From NCBI GenBank assembly GCA_010093815.1, contig ML996576.1: a stretch of DNA of 64,000 nucleotides. One strand, given 5' to 3'. How positions within the stretch are numbered: the first letter of the stretch is position 1; every line of letters begins with the position of its first letter. Of this stretch, positions 61,122 to 64,000 are shown piece by piece. This stretch comes from Pseudovirgaria hyperparasitica. Taxonomy: Eukaryota. Position numbers and translations under genes: made by a program. A model generated the notes under the pieces. The model did not search any database. It saw only the letters and a list, made by a program, of their open reading frames with translations, and had not been told where the DNA came from.

Positions 61122-61706
61122 TTCTGCGGCGGGTGTTGCGTGACGGGTGGTATGGAGGTGGACGGGGATGTGCAGCGAGACGTCCGCTGTGCGCGCCGGG
61201 CTTTGCGTACTGAGCTGTGGGAGAGGGCTGGCCCGGAGGGTGTGAGTGGGAGCTGAGTTGTGAGTGGTTGAGGTGGCGATGTGGTTGTGGTGTGTGGGGA
61301 GGCTGGACAGCGTTGAAGTGAAGATTGGCGAAGCGCGCTTGGGCCATGTGGTTTTGTAGTGGTGATCATGGCGCCGGGATGCTCTGCTTCGATAGTAAGG
61401 CTTGCGACTGCGCGCCGAGAGAGAGGAATGGATGTAAGAAAGACATGAGGGTGCAAGAGGGTCTTTGAGGGTTTGAATAGTGCATTTGTCAGAGGGCTGT
61501 GTGAAGAAAATATCCAGATGCGTCATCGGGACTCTGCTTAGCATTGCGCCTCAGGCATCGATGAGCGGAATAGGTCACCGTTCTGAACGCTCGCGTCTGA
61601 CTCACACAAGAGAATTCCAGTGCAGATTGAAACATGGGTATGCTGCTGTTGCTATTGTGTAACGACGCTCATACTATAGGAAAGTCGTCGATTCCATCAT
61701 CATCAT

Positions 61707-63800
61707 CTATTTCTTAGCCGCCTTCTTCGGGTCCTCTTCCCATCTCCCTACCCACTTGTTCCATTCCCTTGCTCCTTTGCCCATTACAGCTCTCAGATCA
61801 TCCTTGACACTAGTCAGCTCCCATTGCTCGTCTTCCCAATTCCTTTCTCCCTCTTTGACCTGACTTGGGCTCCATCCGATGGCCTCCAGCACCTCGGTCT
61901 CCGTGACGTTGACGCCTGCGCTTGGAAATCGCTTAGGGTTGCGCTCATGGCATATCATTGCGAGATAGCGACGCAGAATATCTAGGCGTGCTGCGGACTG
62001 GAATCGGATGTGCAGCGTATCCTTGTTAGGATCTGAGTTTGTGCCGGTCGATGTGAGCCGCTTTGTCGTGCTACGCGCAATGCGAGCGCCGCGTATCGAG
62101 GCGTAGGCCCATACCGCGTCCACTTCAAACAGGCCACCAAATGGCCAGATAGGGGTTGACAGGATATCGATAGCGAGAGTGACCGGTAGAAGACCTGTGG
62201 CAAGGATCGAGTCACGCTGTGCCTTGCTCTGCGAACGTAACATGGTGTTGATAAATTCTGTACGTATCTGCTCTGGGTTCATAGGGATCGAGGCCGGGTA
62301 GACAAGAACCATCTCCTCAAGTCCAACTGTCTTGCGTGTTGTGTCGGCCTCCTTGACACCGTCGTCGGTGTGGATATCATATTCCTTATCGTTCTCTCTG
62401 TGAGCACTAGGTGAAGGTGAACGACCTCGGTTCATGCTGTCTGGATGCATGCGAGTCAGGAACTCGAGATTCGCGGAGACAGTCTTATCCATCCCCCATG
62501 CTACTGCTTTCGTCGCATTCTTGCGCAGGCCAGCCCAAGATGCAGCCTTGGCTTCGCTGGTCTTGGCAGCTCGGACTTCTTCTTGCCATTTTCGTTGAAC
62601 CTTGACTGAACGACTCTCCTTTTCGCCTTCAGCTGGCTTGGGAAATGGAGGCGGTGGAGGAGTGTAAATTAAAAATCGGTCTGGTATGTTTGTATCGTGA
62701 CCTTTGGGTTTTGGAAACGGAATCAGATAAGCAATCAGTTTGTGAGGATCGCGGGTGTAATGAATGGGATTGTTATGATCGTCATCCATTCCAAAGGGAA
62801 CAGGACTCCGACGCGGAGGGAGAGCTGGTGGTGTTTCTGGAATAGGTCGGTTCGGTGCTGACCCAGACGGCGATCCAACAAAACCTGCTTGTCCAGGTAG
62901 AGGAGCCTTCTCGGGCTGGTAAAATCCGTAATCCTGTGGCACATATGGCTTTGCATCGACGGAAGGCGTGACCTTCTCACCCTCAGCAGTACCAGAAATG
63001 ACACTCGTTCCTTCAGGTTCATCATAAGCTGGTGGTGGAATCTCCGAAGGTCCTGCCTCGTCAAAGCGAGTCATCTTCTGAAGAATTTTCTCATCGTGCA
63101 CTGGTTCGTGTTCAAGACTGACTCCTTCCGGATGCTCGTACAATGGTAAGGCACCCGACATGGATTGGTCGTGACGTTTCGGACTCTTCTCTGGAACATG
63201 TGGTGGAGGTGAGCCAGTGGGAGGGGGAGGTATGTTCGCCGGCGCAGAATACATATCATCATCATCCTCGTGGGCTGGGGGCGCGACAGTTACAGAAGGA
63301 ACAGCATGGGGTGGCTCAGGCTCTGAGGGGAGCTCAGATACAGTGTTGATTGCATAGTCTTGTGTCCGTTCATGAGTCCTATCGGGCAATGTGTACGTCG
63401 GCGGAGCATGTTCTTGCTCGGGATGTACTTCAATAGGCTGTCCGCCCTGATTTTCTGCTACAGGAAAGCCATCAGGTCTGCGCCGAAGAGACGAGGATGG
63501 AGTGATAGGCGTCGGCTCTTCAATCGTTATTGTTGGAAGCTGGTTTGATTCTTGCGACGGCAGAGCACCCGACGCGTATGGCTTGTAGGGCTGATAGCCA
63601 GTCCTGGGCGGAGAAGACGCACTGTCCTCGGGATAGGGTACGGTGGCTTGATGTTGTGCAGGCTGAGATTCGTATCCCGTTGTGCTTGGGTGGCTACTTT
63701 CAGCTTGCTGTGGTGGCCTATATGGCTGATACTGTGAAGCTGGATCTGTCGATGGTGGATGCTGCTGGTAATAGCGCTCCGGTGGAGACTGATCTGACAT
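61707..63800 (-). CDS. Hypothetical protein, Pro/Glu-rich disordered N-terminus and globular C-terminal domain
   Basis: Long intronless ORF (~697 aa from MSDQSPP); ordered C-terminal half beginning HYTRDPHKLIAYLIPFPKP with a hydrophobic segment; function not recognised. Confidence 0.8.
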   Translation of the reverse strand: MSDQSPPERYYQQHPPSTDPASQYQPYRPPQQAESSHPSTTGYESQPAQHQATVPYPEDSASSPPRTGYQPYKPYASGALPSQESNQLPTITIEEPTPITPSSSLRRRPDGFPVAENQGGQPIEVHPEQEHAPPTYTLPDRTHERTQDYAINTVSELPSEPEPPHAVPSVTVAPPAHEDDDDMYSAPANIPPPPTGSPPPHVPEKSPKRHDQSMSGALPLYEHPEGVSLEHEPVHDEKILQKMTRFDEAGPSEIPPPAYDEPEGTSVISGTAEGEKVTPSVDAKPYVPQDYGFYQPEKAPLPGQAGFVGSPSGSAPNRPIPETPPALPPRRSPVPFGMDDDHNNPIHYTRDPHKLIAYLIPFPKPKGHDTNIPDRFLIYTPPPPPFPKPAEGEKESRSVKVQRKWQEEVRAAKTSEAKAASWAGLRKNATKAVAWGMDKTVSANLEFLTRMHPDSMNRGRSPSPSAHRENDKEYDIHTDDGVKEADTTRKTVGLEEMVLVYPASIPMNPEQIRTEFINTMLRSQSKAQRDSILATGLLPVTLAIDILSTPIWPFGGLFEVDAVWAYASIRGARIARSTTKRLTSTGTNSDPNKDTLHIRFQSAARLDILRRYLAMICHERNPKRFPSAGVNVTETEVLEAIGWSPSQVKEGERNWEDEQWELTSVKDDLRAVMGKGAREWNKWVGRWEEDPKKAAKK

Positions 63801-64000
63801 GATGAACCCGACGCTTTCGCAAAGCCTCAAGAGGGTTTTGAGGTGCAGAATCTTTTGGTAAGTTCTTAGATGGGATATAACAACGCCGTCGTATCTTCTC
63901 TGGCGTGCTATTTGAGTTGTTGTGAAGAATGCCCTGCCTCATGCCATGACGTCGCTTTACGCGTCGCCGACGAATCTCAAGATGCACAGCCACACCAAGC

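Noticed and set aside
61070..61456. N-terminal extension of PTH1 in the 319-aa ORF
   Set aside because: Low-complexity sequence containing a microsatellite; Pth similarity starts at MPTPAQ, although a targeting peptide cannot be excluded.
33548..63993. Numerous overlapping 60-200 aa ORFs opposite or out of frame with real genes
   Set aside because: Shadow ORFs in GC-balanced coding DNA with no recognisable motifs.

Overview
Filamentous-ascomycete (Pezizomycotina-type) genomic DNA in two sharply separated compartments. Positions 1-~32,795 are an AT-rich, TpA-rich, CpA/TpG-depleted block of RIP-mutated, nested retroelements. A chromodomain Ty3/Gypsy element (family B, + strand) is interrupted by a second Gypsy family (A, copy 1) and by a Tad1-like LINE (19-bp TSD). 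The LINE is in turn interrupted by a complete 11.4-kb inverted copy of Gypsy A (372-bp LTRs, 4-bp TSD, tRNA-Gln-like PBS). Positions ~32,800-64,000 are a compact, non-RIPed gene-rich region: ALE1, CWC27, RBG2, a nitrilase, DCP1, an OCRL-like inositol 5-phosphatase, a secreted M35-like protein, VRG4/GMT, PLP1, ADI1, a GxGGxGN-repeat protein, a Swi5/Sae3 protein, YTP1, PTH1 and a conserved hypothetical protein. The most unusual signals are in the dead-TE block. (1) Gypsy A carries a ~975-codon extra ORF with a 2OG-Fe(II) dioxygenase signature between pol and the 3' LTR. (2) One ~33-bp perfect palindrome (inferred pre-RIP ATCAGTCAAGGG-N3-CCCTTGACTGAT) occurs 7 times, at 5 non-homologous positions in two unrelated retroelement classes, and always in its only stop-free frame when inside an ORF. 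(3) Gypsy B carries an antisense, intron-containing accessory gene. All protein readings in the TE block depend on manually reversing RIP mutations; no searches were run.
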